A stretch of DNA of 64,000 nt from an uncultured Deinococcaceae bacterium (GTDB lineage Bacteria > Deinococcota > Deinococci > Deinococcales > Deinococcaceae). Where the stretch lies: the NCBI GenBank assembly GCA_964252075.1, contig CAXULY010000002.1, positions 32,001 through 96,000 of the forward strand, in the 5' to 3' direction. A program made the position numbers and the translations under genes. The first letter of the stretch is position 1, and each line of letters opens with the position of its first letter. Below, one piece after another: positions 1 through 10,120 of this stretch. Under the pieces are notes generated by a model. The model was given only the letters and a program-made list of their open reading frames with translations, ran no database searches and was not told where the DNA came from.

Positions 1-266
1 AACTGGAGTACTGTATCACCTACGCCAACCCTGGCCTGCTGGACGCCCGCAACGTCGTGCTGCGCGACCAGCTGGACGACCTGGCGCGCCCGGTCCTGCA
101 GGTCCCCGCGTACGGCGGGAAGGACCTGACGCTCGCCGGGGTGGGCCTCACCGCCGCCGCCGACACGGACGCTGGCGGCTGGCAGGGCAACGTCGTGACC
201 GCGCAGATTCCCGCCGTCACGCCGGGCGCCAGCGGCCAGTGGTGCTTCCGCGCGCAGGTGCTGTAA
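1..266 (+). CDS. C-terminal part of a DUF11-domain surface protein (5' truncated by window)
   Basis: Frame from nt 3 reads LEYCITYANPGLLDARNVVLRD...GASGQWCFRAQVL*, typical of the last DUF11 repeat in Deinococcus surface proteins. Confidence 0.7.
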   Translation, partial: LEYCITYANPGLLDARNVVLRDQLDDLARPVLQVPAYGGKDLTLAGVGLTAAADTDAGGWQGNVVTAQIPAVTPGASGQWCFRAQVL

Positions 267-286
267 GGCGCCGCAGCGCCCGGACG

Positions 287-1522
287 TTAGGCGCCTTTCA
301 GGGCGAGCGCGAGGCGCACGGGCCGCAGGCCGTACGCCGTGAGGTACGCCGGCAGGCGGCGCAGCCCGGGCAGGCGGTGCAGCAAACCCAGTCCGCGCAT
401 GGGCAGGTGCAGCCGCGCGCCGCCGTGAATCGTCACGACCTCACGCTCCTCCACCACCTGCTGCGCCTGCAGCACCGCGATCTGCCACGCGCGGTCCCGC
501 TGCACCCGCGCGAGGTGCCGCGCGGTGAGGCGCCCGGACAGCAGCGGCGCGGTGAGGCGGTTCGCGCACGCGACGGCGTCCTGAATCGCCATGTTGATGC
601 CCATCCCGCCGATGGGGGAGATGGGGTGCGCGGCGTCCCCGATCAGCAGCAGGCCCGGCCTGAACCAGCGGCGCACGCGCGCGACTTCCACCGACAGCAG
701 CTTCAGGTCCCGCCACTCACGCAGCAGGTGCGCGCGGTCCGCCAGCCACGGAATGGTGTCGCGCACCGCCGCCCGCACGGGCTCCACCCCGAGCGCGCGG
801 TGCCGCGCGTAACTGCCCTTCTCGATGCTGATGCCCACCTGCCAGCGCGCGCCGTGGTCCGTCGTGACGAGGCAGTGCGGCCCGCCGAGGTACAGGTCAA
901 TGGAGCCGCTCGGGTCGCTCGCGCGGCGCGGCAGGGAGAACCACAGCACGTCCTGGCCGGGAGAGAGCCGCGTGAGGCGCAGGCCGGACGCCGCGCGCAC
1001 GCGCGAGTGCCGTCCGTCCGCGCCGACCGTCAGCGCGGCGCGCTGCGCGCGCAGCACCTCGCCCTGCCGGTAGCGCACGCCCACCACCGCGCCGCCCTCC
1101 TCGATGAGGCCCTCCACGCGCGCGCCGAACTCCACGCGGGCGTGCGGGTGGCGCGCGAGTTCCTCGTGCAGGAACGACAGGAAGCGCGTCTGCGCCATCA
1201 CCGCGAGGTACGGGTACGGGCCGCGCAACTCCGCGAAGTTCGCCACGACCTGCGTGCGCTCCGGGGAGATGAAGCGCGCGCAGCAGGCGCGCGTGTGCTC
1301 CAGCGTCAGCAGGCGCTCCGCGATGCCCAGGGCGTCCATCAGTTCGAGCGTGGCGGGGTGCAGGGTGTCCCCGCGGAACGCCCGGTCGAAGTCCCGCGCG
1401 GCCTCCAGCACCGTGACGGGCACGCCGCGCCGCGCGAGGAGCAGCGCCAGCACCATCCCGGCGGGACCGCCCCCCACGATGCATACGCTGGAGGTGGGCG
1501 GGGGGCTCTGAGCGGCGAACAT
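287..1522 (-). CDS. FAD-dependent monooxygenase/oxidoreductase
   Basis: GGGPAG, GADG and GDAAH...GGMGINMAIQDA motifs. Confidence 0.9.
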   Translation of the reverse strand: MFAAQSPPPTSSVCIVGGGPAGMVLALLLARRGVPVTVLEAARDFDRAFRGDTLHPATLELMDALGIAERLLTLEHTRACCARFISPERTQVVANFAELRGPYPYLAVMAQTRFLSFLHEELARHPHARVEFGARVEGLIEEGGAVVGVRYRQGEVLRAQRAALTVGADGRHSRVRAASGLRLTRLSPGQDVLWFSLPRRASDPSGSIDLYLGGPHCLVTTDHGARWQVGISIEKGSYARHRALGVEPVRAAVRDTIPWLADRAHLLREWRDLKLLSVEVARVRRWFRPGLLLIGDAAHPISPIGGMGINMAIQDAVACANRLTAPLLSGRLTARHLARVQRDRAWQIAVLQAQQVVEEREVVTIHGGARLHLPMRGLGLLHRLPGLRRLPAYLTAYGLRPVRLALALKGA

Positions 1523-1703
1523 GCGGCATTCTGGCCGCGCCGCCCCAGTTGAGCTGTACCGCCCCGACCAGTCTCAAGCTCGGGTTCAGATTCCCAAGCC
1601 ACGCCCAACGCGCGGTCAAGGCGGCGCGCCACTGAAGTGCGTGATTCCCTTCAGACGGGGAGGCGGACGCCCTGACGTCCCGGCGGTTGTGCGCTGGCGT
1701 CCG

Positions 1704-1724
1704 CTGTCCCACAATCTGGGACAG
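1704..1724. promoter_or_regulatory. Inverted repeat CTGTCCCA-N5-TGGGACAG, candidate response-regulator site
   Basis: Perfect 8-bp arms between the divergent oxidoreductase and kinase genes. Confidence 0.45.
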
Positions 1725-1782
1725 GGGCCGTCCCTCCCCAACGGGACGCCCCCTGCGGCACCCTGGAGGTGTGCGCCCCCCC

Positions 1783-3630
1783 ATGCAGCTCGAACCCGCC
1801 CTCACCCCCGGTCCGCCCGCGCGACCAGCCCAGGCGCTGGTGCCGTGGGTGCTGCCCGCGCTGGCGCTGCTGGCGGCGGCGCTGGCGCTGCGCGCGGGCC
1901 TGCACGACCGCTGGCTGGACCTCGTGTGGAGCGTGCGCGCCCTGGACGCGCAGACCTGGTCGCCGCTCCTGACGCGCCTGCGGTACGCCCTCGACGCGGG
2001 CGCGCTGGTCCTCGCGGCGCTCGCGGCGGCGCTCGTGCTGCGCCACGACGCAGGCCGCGCGCGCCTGGCGCGGGCGCTGGCGCTCCTCACGCTCGGCGCG
2101 GTGAGCAGCGCCCTGCTGGACGGCTGGCTGGGCGCCGCGCGGGGCCCCCTGCTGGGCGCGGCGCTCGCCCTGCTCGGCGCGCTCGCGCTGCACGGCGCCC
2201 GTCGGGACGCGCCGCCCGCGCGGCGCTGGGGGGAAGTGGCGCTCCTCGCGTGCGCCCTCATCTTCGCGTTCGGGGCCTTGCCGGCCGACCTCACCGGGCG
2301 CCCCACCGCGCTGCTCGGCTCCGCGCGGCTCGGCGTGTGGTGGAACGAGCTGGGGCGCCCCGCCGCGCGCGACCTCGGCTTCGTGGCGTTCCTGGTGGGG
2401 GCGGCGCTCGCGTGGCTGGAGCGTCGCCCGGACGCGCTGCGTGGCGGCGTGGCGCGTGCGGCGGTCGCGGTGGGCCTCGCGGGCTTCACGGCGGCGGTGT
2501 ACGTGGGCGTGGTGGGCGGCGTGGGCGCGCTCCTCGGTACCCAGAACAACGTCTGGCTCGGCATGCTCGCCGCGGCCCTCATCGCGCTGGCCTTCGGTGG
2601 GGTGCGCGCGGCGCTCTCGCGCGGCGTGAACCGCGTGCTGTACGGCGAGCGCGACGACCCGTTCCTCGTGACGCGCCGCCTCGCGCGCGTCCTGTCCGGC
2701 GCGCCGGAGCCGCGCGAGCGGCTCGCGTCGGCCCTCGACCTGCTGGTGTCGGCGCTGCGCCTGCCGGGCGCGGAGCTGCGCCTCGTGAGCGGCGAACTGC
2801 TGCGGCGCGGTGCGGACGCGGCGGCGGGGGAGACTTGGCCGCTCGTGGCGGGCGGGGAGCGCGTGGGGACCCTCACGGTGGCGCGCCGCAGCGCGCGCGA
2901 GGTGTGGTCCGAGGCGGACCGGGTGCTGCTGGAGGCCGTCACCGGGCAGCTCGCGGACGCCGCGCGCGCGTGGGCGCTGTCGCAGGCCCTCACGGCGTCC
3001 CGCGAGCGATTGGTGCGCGCTGGTGAGGACGAGCGGCGCCGCCTGAGGCGCGACCTGCACGACGGCCTCGGCCCGGCGCTGGCGGGCCTCGGCCTCAAGC
3101 TGGAGGCGGCGCGCCTGCTGCTCGCGCGCTCACCGGAGCGCGCGCAGGCGCACCTCGCCGCCCTGAGTGACGAGGTGCGCGAGAGCGTCGGCGAGGTGCG
3201 CCGCCTCGTGCACGACCTGCGCCCCCCGAAACTCGACGACCTGGGCCTGCGCGCCGCCCTGGACGACGCGCTCTCCGGCGCGCGCGCCGCGGACCTCGCC
3301 GCGCGGCTGGACGCCCCGGACGCGCTCCCACCGCTCGGCGCGGCGGCGGAAGTCGCGGTGTACCGCATCGCCCAGGAGGCCCTCACGAACGTGCTGAAGC
3401 ACGCGCGCGCGCGCCGTGTGACGCTGCGCGTGTGCGCGCGGCCCGACGCCCTCACCCTGGAAGTGGAGGACGACGGCGTGGGCCTCCCGGACGTGCGCGA
3501 GCCGGGCGTCGGCTCGCGCTCCATGCGCGAGCGCGCCGAGGCGCTGTCCGGCACGCTGGAGTGGATTCGCCTGGAGGGCGGCGGTACGCTGGTGAGAGCG
3601 ACCCTCCCCACCGGCGAACCGCTGGCGTGA
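1783..3630 (+). CDS. Membrane sensor histidine kinase (HisKA_3 type, GAF-like linker)
   Basis: Multi-TM N-terminus; RRLRRDLHDGLG H-box, EALTNVLKHA N-box, EDDGVG; GGAGG upstream of ATG 1783. Confidence 0.9.
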   Translation: MQLEPALTPGPPARPAQALVPWVLPALALLAAALALRAGLHDRWLDLVWSVRALDAQTWSPLLTRLRYALDAGALVLAALAAALVLRHDAGRARLARALALLTLGAVSSALLDGWLGAARGPLLGAALALLGALALHGARRDAPPARRWGEVALLACALIFAFGALPADLTGRPTALLGSARLGVWWNELGRPAARDLGFVAFLVGAALAWLERRPDALRGGVARAAVAVGLAGFTAAVYVGVVGGVGALLGTQNNVWLGMLAAALIALAFGGVRAALSRGVNRVLYGERDDPFLVTRRLARVLSGAPEPRERLASALDLLVSALRLPGAELRLVSGELLRRGADAAAGETWPLVAGGERVGTLTVARRSAREVWSEADRVLLEAVTGQLADAARAWALSQALTASRERLVRAGEDERRRLRRDLHDGLGPALAGLGLKLEAARLLLARSPERAQAHLAALSDEVRESVGEVRRLVHDLRPPKLDDLGLRAALDDALSGARAADLAARLDAPDALPPLGAAAEVAVYRIAQEALTNVLKHARARRVTLRVCARPDALTLEVEDDGVGLPDVREPGVGSRSMRERAEALSGTLEWIRLEGGGTLVRATLPTGEPLA

Positions 3631-3649
3631 AGGGCGCTCAAGGAGATGC

Positions 3650-4306
3650 ATGGATGACGCTGTGCCCCCACCCACCCGCGTCCTGATCGCCGACGATCAC
3701 CGCTTGTTCCGTGAGGGCCTGCGCGCCCTCCTGGCGGTGTCCGAGCACCTCAGCGTGGTGGGTGAAGCTGAGAACGGACAGCAGGCCGTGGAGCTCAGCG
3801 CGCGCCTCACGCCGGACGTGATCGTGATGGACATCCAGATGCCGCTGCTCAGCGGCCTGGACGCCACCCGGCGCATCGTGCAGGGCGCCAGCGAGCCGCC
3901 CGGCATCCTGATCGTGAGCATGTTCGATGATGACGACAACGTCTTCGCGGCCATGCAGGCGGGCGCGCGCGGGTACCTCCTGAAGGGCGCCGCGCCTGAG
4001 GACCTGCTGCGCGCCGTGGAGGCCGTCGCGCGCGGCGAGGCGCTCTTCGGGCCGGGCATCGCGCAGCGCCTCATGCGGTACTTCAGCCGCTCCGCGCGGC
4101 GCGCCACGAGCGCCTTCCCGGAACTCACGGACCGCGAGCGGGAAATCCTGGCGCTGATCGGGCAGGGGCAGCGCAACCCCGGCATCGCGCGGTCCCTGGA
4201 GCTCTCCGAGAAGACCGTGCGCAACCACATCACGAACATCTTCTCGAAGCTGCAGGTGAGCAGCCGCGCGGAGGCCGCGCAGCGCGCCCAGGAGGCCGGC
4301 CTGTGA
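3650..4306 (+). CDS. NarL/LuxR-family response regulator
   Basis: IADDH, VMDIQMP, YLLKG receiver; LTDREREIL...SEKTVRNHITNIFSKL HTH. Confidence 0.95.
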   Translation: MDDAVPPPTRVLIADDHRLFREGLRALLAVSEHLSVVGEAENGQQAVELSARLTPDVIVMDIQMPLLSGLDATRRIVQGASEPPGILIVSMFDDDDNVFAAMQAGARGYLLKGAAPEDLLRAVEAVARGEALFGPGIAQRLMRYFSRSARRATSAFPELTDREREILALIGQGQRNPGIARSLELSEKTVRNHITNIFSKLQVSSRAEAAQRAQEAGL

Positions 4307-5301
4307 GGGGCGCGCGCACCCTGCGCGCCGCACTGACCGCCGCGGTCCTGGCGAGCGGCGTGGCGGGCGCCGCGCCGCTCGACGGGTGGCGGCGCGGCGT
4401 GAACCTGGAGGGCTGGCTGGGCGCGACCTTCGCGCCGCTGGGCGCGGCGCAGCTGGGCCAGCTGCGCGCCATGCGTGCGGCGGGCTTCGACTTCGTGCGC
4501 GTGCCGCTCGACCCGGCGCTGTTCATCGCCGCGCCGCCCGGCGCGGCGGAACCGCAGGCCTCCCTCGACCGGCTGCTGCGCGAGGCGCGCGCGCGCGGCC
4601 TCGGGGTGGTCGTGACGCTCGCGCCCAGCGCGGACCTGAAGCGCCAGGTGCTGCTGGGCGGCCTCGCGCGCGACACCTACCTCGCGCTGCTGGAGCGCCT
4701 CGCGCAGCGCGTCGCGGCCGCGAACCTGCCGCGCGCCCTCATCGAGCCGCTCGACGAGCCCGTGGACCCCACGAACGCCGGGTGCGCGCCCAGCGCCTTC
4801 AACTGGTCGGGCGCCCTGTCGGCCTTCGTGGCGGCCGCGCACCGCGGCGCGCCCGCCCTGCCCGTGCTGGTGAGCGGCCTGTGCTACGCCGACGCGACCT
4901 CCCTGGTGGACCTGCGTCCGCTCGCGGACCGGAACGTCGTGTACGGCTTCCAGTACCTCGACCCGCTGGCGTTCACGCAGCAGGGCAACCCCACCGATGA
5001 CAGCTGGAAGGTGCTGCGGAACGTGCACTACGCGAAGGCGGACGCCCAGACCATGCGGCGCGCCTTCGAGCTGGTGGGCGGCTGGGCGCGGCGGTACGGC
5101 GCGCAGGTGATGCTCACGTCCTTCACGGTGCACCGCAGCGCCCCACCCGCGGACCGCCTGCGCTGGCTGCAGGACGCGCGCGCGCAGGCGGAACGCCAGA
5201 AGTTCGCGTGGGCGGCGTGGACGTGGCAGAGTCCCTACGGCTTCAGCCTCAGCGACGGCCGCACCCTCCCAGCCGACGTGCGCCGCGCCCTCGGCCTGTG
5301 A
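4303..5301 (+). CDS. Secreted GH5 (cellulase-fold) protein with degenerate active site
   Basis: Signal peptide; RRGVNL, GFDFVRVP, EPLDEP, YLDPLAFTQQG, WAAW; nucleophile region reads LTSF instead of xGEF. Confidence 0.8.
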   Translation: MRGARTLRAALTAAVLASGVAGAAPLDGWRRGVNLEGWLGATFAPLGAAQLGQLRAMRAAGFDFVRVPLDPALFIAAPPGAAEPQASLDRLLREARARGLGVVVTLAPSADLKRQVLLGGLARDTYLALLERLAQRVAAANLPRALIEPLDEPVDPTNAGCAPSAFNWSGALSAFVAAAHRGAPALPVLVSGLCYADATSLVDLRPLADRNVVYGFQYLDPLAFTQQGNPTDDSWKVLRNVHYAKADAQTMRRAFELVGGWARRYGAQVMLTSFTVHRSAPPADRLRWLQDARAQAERQKFAWAAWTWQSPYGFSLSDGRTLPADVRRALGL

Positions 5302-5355
5302 AGGAACGGCGCTCAAAGCGCAAGGCCACCCCACGCCGATCCATGCGGCACCCGG

Positions 5356-6327
5356 TCAGGGCGCCGGGATGCTCCAGAACAGGCTGGGGCGCGTGCCGAA
5401 GAGCGCGTACCGGTCATAGCCCTCCAGCAGAAGGACGACATCCACGCGCCCCCCACCGAACTCTGGGTACGCCGTCTCCAGGTGCACCCGCACCGGGAAT
5501 GACGCGGGGAAGGTCGTGGCGGTGTATTGCCGGTCCGGCTCCAGCAGCCGGATGCCCGGATCGCTCCTGTTGAAGACCTCCAGCCTGAAGGACACTGGCC
5601 CGTCGTGCGGTCTGGGGTCGTTCCCATACCCGTCGTCACGCATCACCAGGGTGGCGGTCACGTCCGCGCCGCGAACGGCGCGGACCGTGTCGGGCGCGAA
5701 ACTGAAGGTGTAGTTCAGGGGCGAGTCCTTCGCGGCGCAGGTGATGATGGGGTTGGCCCAGTCGGCGTGGTCATGGCTGCCGCCGTTCCTGGCGTCCGTG
5801 ACGATGAGCCTCAGGTTCCGCGTGCCCCCCACGTCGATGTTCAGGTGCCGGGTGTCGCTCGCGCCCGTCATGACGCCACTGTCGAAGGCCTTCACGCCGT
5901 CCAGGTACACCTGGAACACCACGCTGCCGAGCGCGCCGACCTCGTCATCCACGCCGACGTCCGCGGTGAAGCGCGTGCAGGTGGCGGCGTTGGTGCCACC
6001 GAGGCTGAATTGCAGGTCGCTGCCCGCGTGCGTGCCGAACCCCGACGGGTAGGTGCGGCCGTTCAGGGTGAGGGCGTGACCGTCGCGTGGGGCGCGCTCG
6101 CCGTTGCTGTGGTTGACCTCGATGGGTCCCCAGCCGTTCGTGGCGGCGAGGATGGCCTCGAAGGTGAGGTGGTTGTCGCCCGGCGTGAGGCGCTGCGCGG
6201 ACAGGGTGAGGGGTGCGGCGTACGTCCAGGGTGCCGTGCCGTCCCCCGCGTGCGGGGTGGGCACCTGCGCGCATGCGAGCAGCAGGACTGCGGAGGGCAG
6301 GAGGCGCAGCGAGCGGGGGGTGGGCAT
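5356..6327 (-). CDS. NPCBM/NEW2-domain lipoprotein
   Basis: Lipobox LLAC; NGWGPIE, FTADVGVDDEVG, DHADWANP. Confidence 0.85.
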   Translation of the reverse strand: MPTPRSLRLLPSAVLLLACAQVPTPHAGDGTAPWTYAAPLTLSAQRLTPGDNHLTFEAILAATNGWGPIEVNHSNGERAPRDGHALTLNGRTYPSGFGTHAGSDLQFSLGGTNAATCTRFTADVGVDDEVGALGSVVFQVYLDGVKAFDSGVMTGASDTRHLNIDVGGTRNLRLIVTDARNGGSHDHADWANPIITCAAKDSPLNYTFSFAPDTVRAVRGADVTATLVMRDDGYGNDPRPHDGPVSFRLEVFNRSDPGIRLLEPDRQYTATTFPASFPVRVHLETAYPEFGGGRVDVVLLLEGYDRYALFGTRPSLFWSIPAP

Positions 6328-6682
6328 GGCGAACTCCGTTCCGGCGCTGGGCCGCGGCCAGCGCCAATGCACGTGAGGCGGGCGAACGAACGCCGAACGG
6401 AACTCCTGATGCGTCACCCGAGGGCTGAGGGTGAGTGGCACCGCCCTGAACGCGTGGGTCTCTGGCTCAGGGGCGGCCCGCGAACGACGGTGCCTGATGG
6501 TCAGGTGAATGAATCCGGGGGTGGGCGAAGGAAGGCCGAACCACGTCCATCGTGCACTACATGCCACCTGCGCCGCTGAGTGCGTCCTTCTGCCTCACTC
6601 CATGCAGGGTGGGGACCGGACCGTCAACGAAGCGCGGGTGAGGGCGCGCCCCGCTTCCTTCGCCGCAGGAGAGGCCGCCCCG

Positions 6683-7282
6683 TCACGCTTCGCTCTCGCT
6701 CTTGGCGAGCACGCGCTCGATGCGCCGGTCCGGCACCAGCCACATCAGCGCCACCGCCACCAGCATCACGCCCGAAACGACCGACCCCACACGGCCGAAG
6801 AACGGCGCGACGAGCGCCACCGCGTACCCGATGAGTGACAGGTTGCCTTTCACGTCGCTGCCCGTCGCCTCGGCGAGCAGGTGATTGCTGGCGTCCACGT
6901 GAATGAGGGCGCGCACCAGGATGGTGTACGCGGCGCCCGCCATCAGCGCGACGATGGCGTAGCAGGTCATGGGCACCGCCCCGAAGTGGCTCTCGCCCGC
7001 CCAGCCCGTCACGAAGGGAAACAAGGACAGCCAGAAGAGCAGGTGCAGGTTCGCCCACATGACCTTGCCGTTGATGTGCCGCACGGTGTGCATCAGGTGG
7101 TGGTGGTTGTTCCAGTAGATGCCGACGTAAATGAAACTCACCGCGTACCCGACCAGCACCGGCCAGAGGTGCAGCAGGTCCGCCCAGCCGTCGTGCGTGG
7201 GCGTGCGCAGTTCGAGCACCATGATGGTGATGATGATGGCCATCACCCCATCGGAGAACGCCTCCAGTCGAGCTTTGGTCAT
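6683..7282 (-). CDS. TMEM175-family (DUF1211) potassium channel
   Basis: RLEAFSDGVMAIIITIMVLE and YWNNHH signatures. Confidence 0.9.
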   Translation of the reverse strand: MTKARLEAFSDGVMAIIITIMVLELRTPTHDGWADLLHLWPVLVGYAVSFIYVGIYWNNHHHLMHTVRHINGKVMWANLHLLFWLSLFPFVTGWAGESHFGAVPMTCYAIVALMAGAAYTILVRALIHVDASNHLLAEATGSDVKGNLSLIGYAVALVAPFFGRVGSVVSGVMLVAVALMWLVPDRRIERVLAKSESEA

Positions 7283-7387
7283 GCCGTATCTTCACACGTC
7301 CGCGAGCGGCGCAGCCCACATGGAGCCGCCGGGCGCAGCGGCGCCCCCTTGACACCGAAGTGTCGGGGGGCGCCGCGCCGGGCGCGC

Positions 7388-8611
7388 TCAGGCGGGCGTG
7401 CCTGGGCGCGCGGGTTGCGGGCGGTTCATGCGGAACACCGCAAGGCCAGCGGCGAGCAGCAGCGCCGCCGCGAAGAACGCGATGCCCGGCACGTGCGGCG
7501 CGGCGCCGGACTCCGCGAAGTGGGCGAAGATGGTGGTCGCGGCGAGCGGGCCCACAATCGCGCACAATGAACCCAGGCCGCTCAGCGCGCCCTGCACCGC
7601 GCCCTGCGCGTCACGCGCGGCCTTTCCCACGATGAGCGCCTGAAGGGGCGGCATGGCGAGCCCCCCAAGCGCCGCGATGGGCATCGCCGCGCAGATCATC
7701 CAGCTGTGCGACGCGACGCCGTACAGGACATTCCCCACGATGCCGAACGCCATGCCGAGCGCGAAGGTGCCCTCGTTGCCCAGGCGCTTCAGGACGCGCG
7801 GGAGGAGGACCGTCTGGACGGGCACGCCGAGCAGCCCGGCGAGCGCGAGGGCGAGGCCGTTGGCGGCGGTCGTCCAGCCGTACCGGGCGGCGCCGTGCAG
7901 CACCCAGGTGCTCGTCAGGAACTGCATCGCGAGGTTCGAGAGGACCGTCACGAGGGCCAGCGCCGGCAGGCCCGGGAAGCGGGCGAGGGTGCCCAGCGCG
8001 CGCAGGGGAATGAGGGCGCGGACGTCGAACGCGCCGGGCGTGGGCCGGCGGGACTCAGGCAGCACGAGCAGGCCGTACAGGAAGTTCAGGGCCGCGAGGG
8101 CCGCGGACACGATGAAGGGCAGGCTCAGGCCGCGCTGTCCGAGCAGGCCGCCCACCGCGGGCCCCACGATGAGCCCCAGCCCGAAGGCCGCGCTGGCGAA
8201 GCCGAAGTTGCGCGCGCGGTTCTCGGGTGTGCTGACGTCCGCAATGTACGCGTACGCGACCCCGAGGGTGGAGCCGCCCACGCCGCCCAGCGCGCGGGCG
8301 AGGAAGAGCCACCCGAGGGACGGGGCGAGGGCCGCCAGACCGTACGCTAGGGCGGTCGTGATGGTGCCCACCAGCAGCACCGGTCGGCGTCCGAAGCGGT
8401 CGGAGAGCGCCCCGAGGGTGGGGGCGGCCAGGAGTTGCGTGAAGGCGTACAGCGCGACGAGCACCCCGAGGTTCTGCGCGGCGGAGGTGCGGTTGCCCGT
8501 GAAGTGCGCGATCAACTCCGGCACGACGGGAATGACGACGCCGAGTCCCACCATGTCGAGCACCAGGGTCACGAAAATGAAGGGCAGGCCGGGAACGCGG
8601 GCGGTGTTCAT
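7388..8611 (-). CDS. TetA-like DHA1 MFS efflux pump
   Basis: GALSDRFGRRPVLL, YIADVS..ENRARNFG, GPAVGG motifs. Confidence 0.9.
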   Translation of the reverse strand: MNTARVPGLPFIFVTLVLDMVGLGVVIPVVPELIAHFTGNRTSAAQNLGVLVALYAFTQLLAAPTLGALSDRFGRRPVLLVGTITTALAYGLAALAPSLGWLFLARALGGVGGSTLGVAYAYIADVSTPENRARNFGFASAAFGLGLIVGPAVGGLLGQRGLSLPFIVSAALAALNFLYGLLVLPESRRPTPGAFDVRALIPLRALGTLARFPGLPALALVTVLSNLAMQFLTSTWVLHGAARYGWTTAANGLALALAGLLGVPVQTVLLPRVLKRLGNEGTFALGMAFGIVGNVLYGVASHSWMICAAMPIAALGGLAMPPLQALIVGKAARDAQGAVQGALSGLGSLCAIVGPLAATTIFAHFAESGAAPHVPGIAFFAAALLLAAGLAVFRMNRPQPARPGTPA

Positions 8612-8794
8612 AAGGCACTCCTTGATGTGAGAGACACGACCGGGCCACCCCACCGCGGGTCGGGGTGGGTGGACGTGATCCTCCTGTGTGGTGCGGTGAG
8701 GGTGAACGATGCCGGGCGCGGCGTTGGGGATGCTGGCTGCGTCACAGCGATAGGCTGTTGCCATTCTGTGTGGAGACAGCACCGCCGCGCTGAT

Positions 8795-8846
8795 AATATT
8801 ACCCAGGTTAAACTATGGTGTCAATACCACCCGGGTAATATTGGGC
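8795..8846 (-). promoter_or_regulatory. Sigma70-type promoter of the MFS gene overlapped by an inverted-repeat operator
   Basis: Minus strand TTGACA (8824-8819), 17 bp spacer, TAATAT (8801-8796); AATATTACCC (8795-8804) and GGGTAATATT (8833-8842) are inverted. Confidence 0.7.
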
Positions 8847-9064
8847 AACGACCTCACTACATGGAAGGTCTACTCTGCCTCTCGGCGCTCCGGCTTTGAG
8901 AAAACCGCAAGGTGCGCTCTAGGCTGTTCTGCTTAAAAGCTGAATAAATCAGGGTGAGCAGTGAAATTCAATAACAGCAAGGCCTAAGGGAAACATTGCG
9001 TCTCCTAAAATTATTGATCATAGATAGTATGGTAGTTCAGTTTCACATCAAAGATAAAAAAGCT

Positions 9065-9092
9065 ATTACAGACAACGTTACTTATAAGTAAG
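9065..9092. other. dif/xer-like candidate recombination core site (11-6-11)
   Basis: ATTACAGACAA-CGTTAC-TTATAAGTAAG in AT-rich DNA about 40 bp beyond the recombinase stop. Confidence 0.45.
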
Positions 9093-9133
9093 AACGGACT
9101 ACCTTACCGTTTGCATAACACGCAACTGCGGGC

Positions 9134-10120
9134 TTACCACTCGTCCAGTTCGCGCTTCAGGGCTTCGTCCGCCCACTTGCCATAAATTTCCGCCGTCGCC
9201 ACGGACGCGTGACCGAGGTGCCTCGCCACGTCCTGCAACGTGCGTCCCGCACGCACCAGCCGCGTCCCGGCGGTGTGCCTCAAGGGATGCAGGGCCAGGT
9301 ACGGAACGCCCGCCTCCAGGCACGCACGCCTGAGCCGCAAGCGCGCGGCCTCCGGGGACCCGCCGATCACCCATTCCCCCACCGCACTTGCCCGCAAGGC
9401 CTCAAGCGCTTCCTTGAGGGAACGCGAGAGGTTCACGCGGCGCACCTTGCCGCCCTTGCCGGTCACGTGCGCCGTGCCGCTCACGAGGTTGATGTCCTGC
9501 CACCGCAACCGCACGATTTCCGTCGCGCGAAGTCCCGCGTGCGCGCCCAGCAGCACGAGCGCGTGGTGCCGCGCGTCGCCCACCGCGAGGAGGGCCTCCA
9601 CCGCATCCTGCGGGTACGGTTGCCGCTTGTCCCACTTCGCGGTGCGGTCTGGTGCGGGCTTCACGTCCAAGAACGGGTCCGCGGTGGTGGCGCCGGCCCA
9701 GCGCAGCGCGCGGTATAGGGTGCGCGCGCCGGCAAGGTACGCCACGACCGACGCGTGTGCGAGCGGCGCGCCGCCTGTGGAAGCGGGCGTTCCCTTCGAG
9801 GTGCGCCGCTCGAGGCGCAGGGTGCCGGCTTCCAGTTCGCGCGTGAACAGCGTGCCATGGTCCGCGCTGGGGTGCAGGACGCTGATCGCCTGCCGCCCTG
9901 CGTACTGCAGCCACAGCCGCACCCCGTTCCGGTAGGTGCGCAGGGTGTGTCGGCTCCCAGTACCGCCACCGTGCAGCGTGTGGTGCGCCTCGGTCAGGGA
10001 CCACAGGTCATCCAGATGATGGTCACGAGCGGCACGCATCGCCTCGCGCCGTCGGGTGTCAGGGTCCATCCACAGCCGGGCGCGGCTGAGGCGGTCCTCG
10101 CGGTACACGTCGAGCGTCAT
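9134..10120 (-). CDS. Tyrosine recombinase (XerC/D-like, resolvase type)
   Basis: Intact catalytic set GLRATE, GKGGK, HPLRH, LGHAS, EIYG; start overlaps toxin stop (ATGA). Confidence 0.92.
   Translation of the reverse strand: MTLDVYREDRLSRARLWMDPDTRRREAMRAARDHHLDDLWSLTEAHHTLHGGGTGSRHTLRTYRNGVRLWLQYAGRQAISVLHPSADHGTLFTRELEAGTLRLERRTSKGTPASTGGAPLAHASVVAYLAGARTLYRALRWAGATTADPFLDVKPAPDRTAKWDKRQPYPQDAVEALLAVGDARHHALVLLGAHAGLRATEIVRLRWQDINLVSGTAHVTGKGGKVRRVNLSRSLKEALEALRASAVGEWVIGGSPEAARLRLRRACLEAGVPYLALHPLRHTAGTRLVRAGRTLQDVARHLGHASVATAEIYGKWADEALKRELDEW

Noticed and set aside
239..3671. Very long alternative-frame ORFs (e.g. 897-3671 minus; also 13757-15694 and 35626-38088)
   Set aside because: Shadows of high-GC genes: Arg/Ala/Pro-rich, no motifs, overlapping well-supported CDS
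6330..6680. Long intergenic leader as possible riboswitch
   Set aside because: No recognisable aptamer consensus by eye; needs an Rfam search
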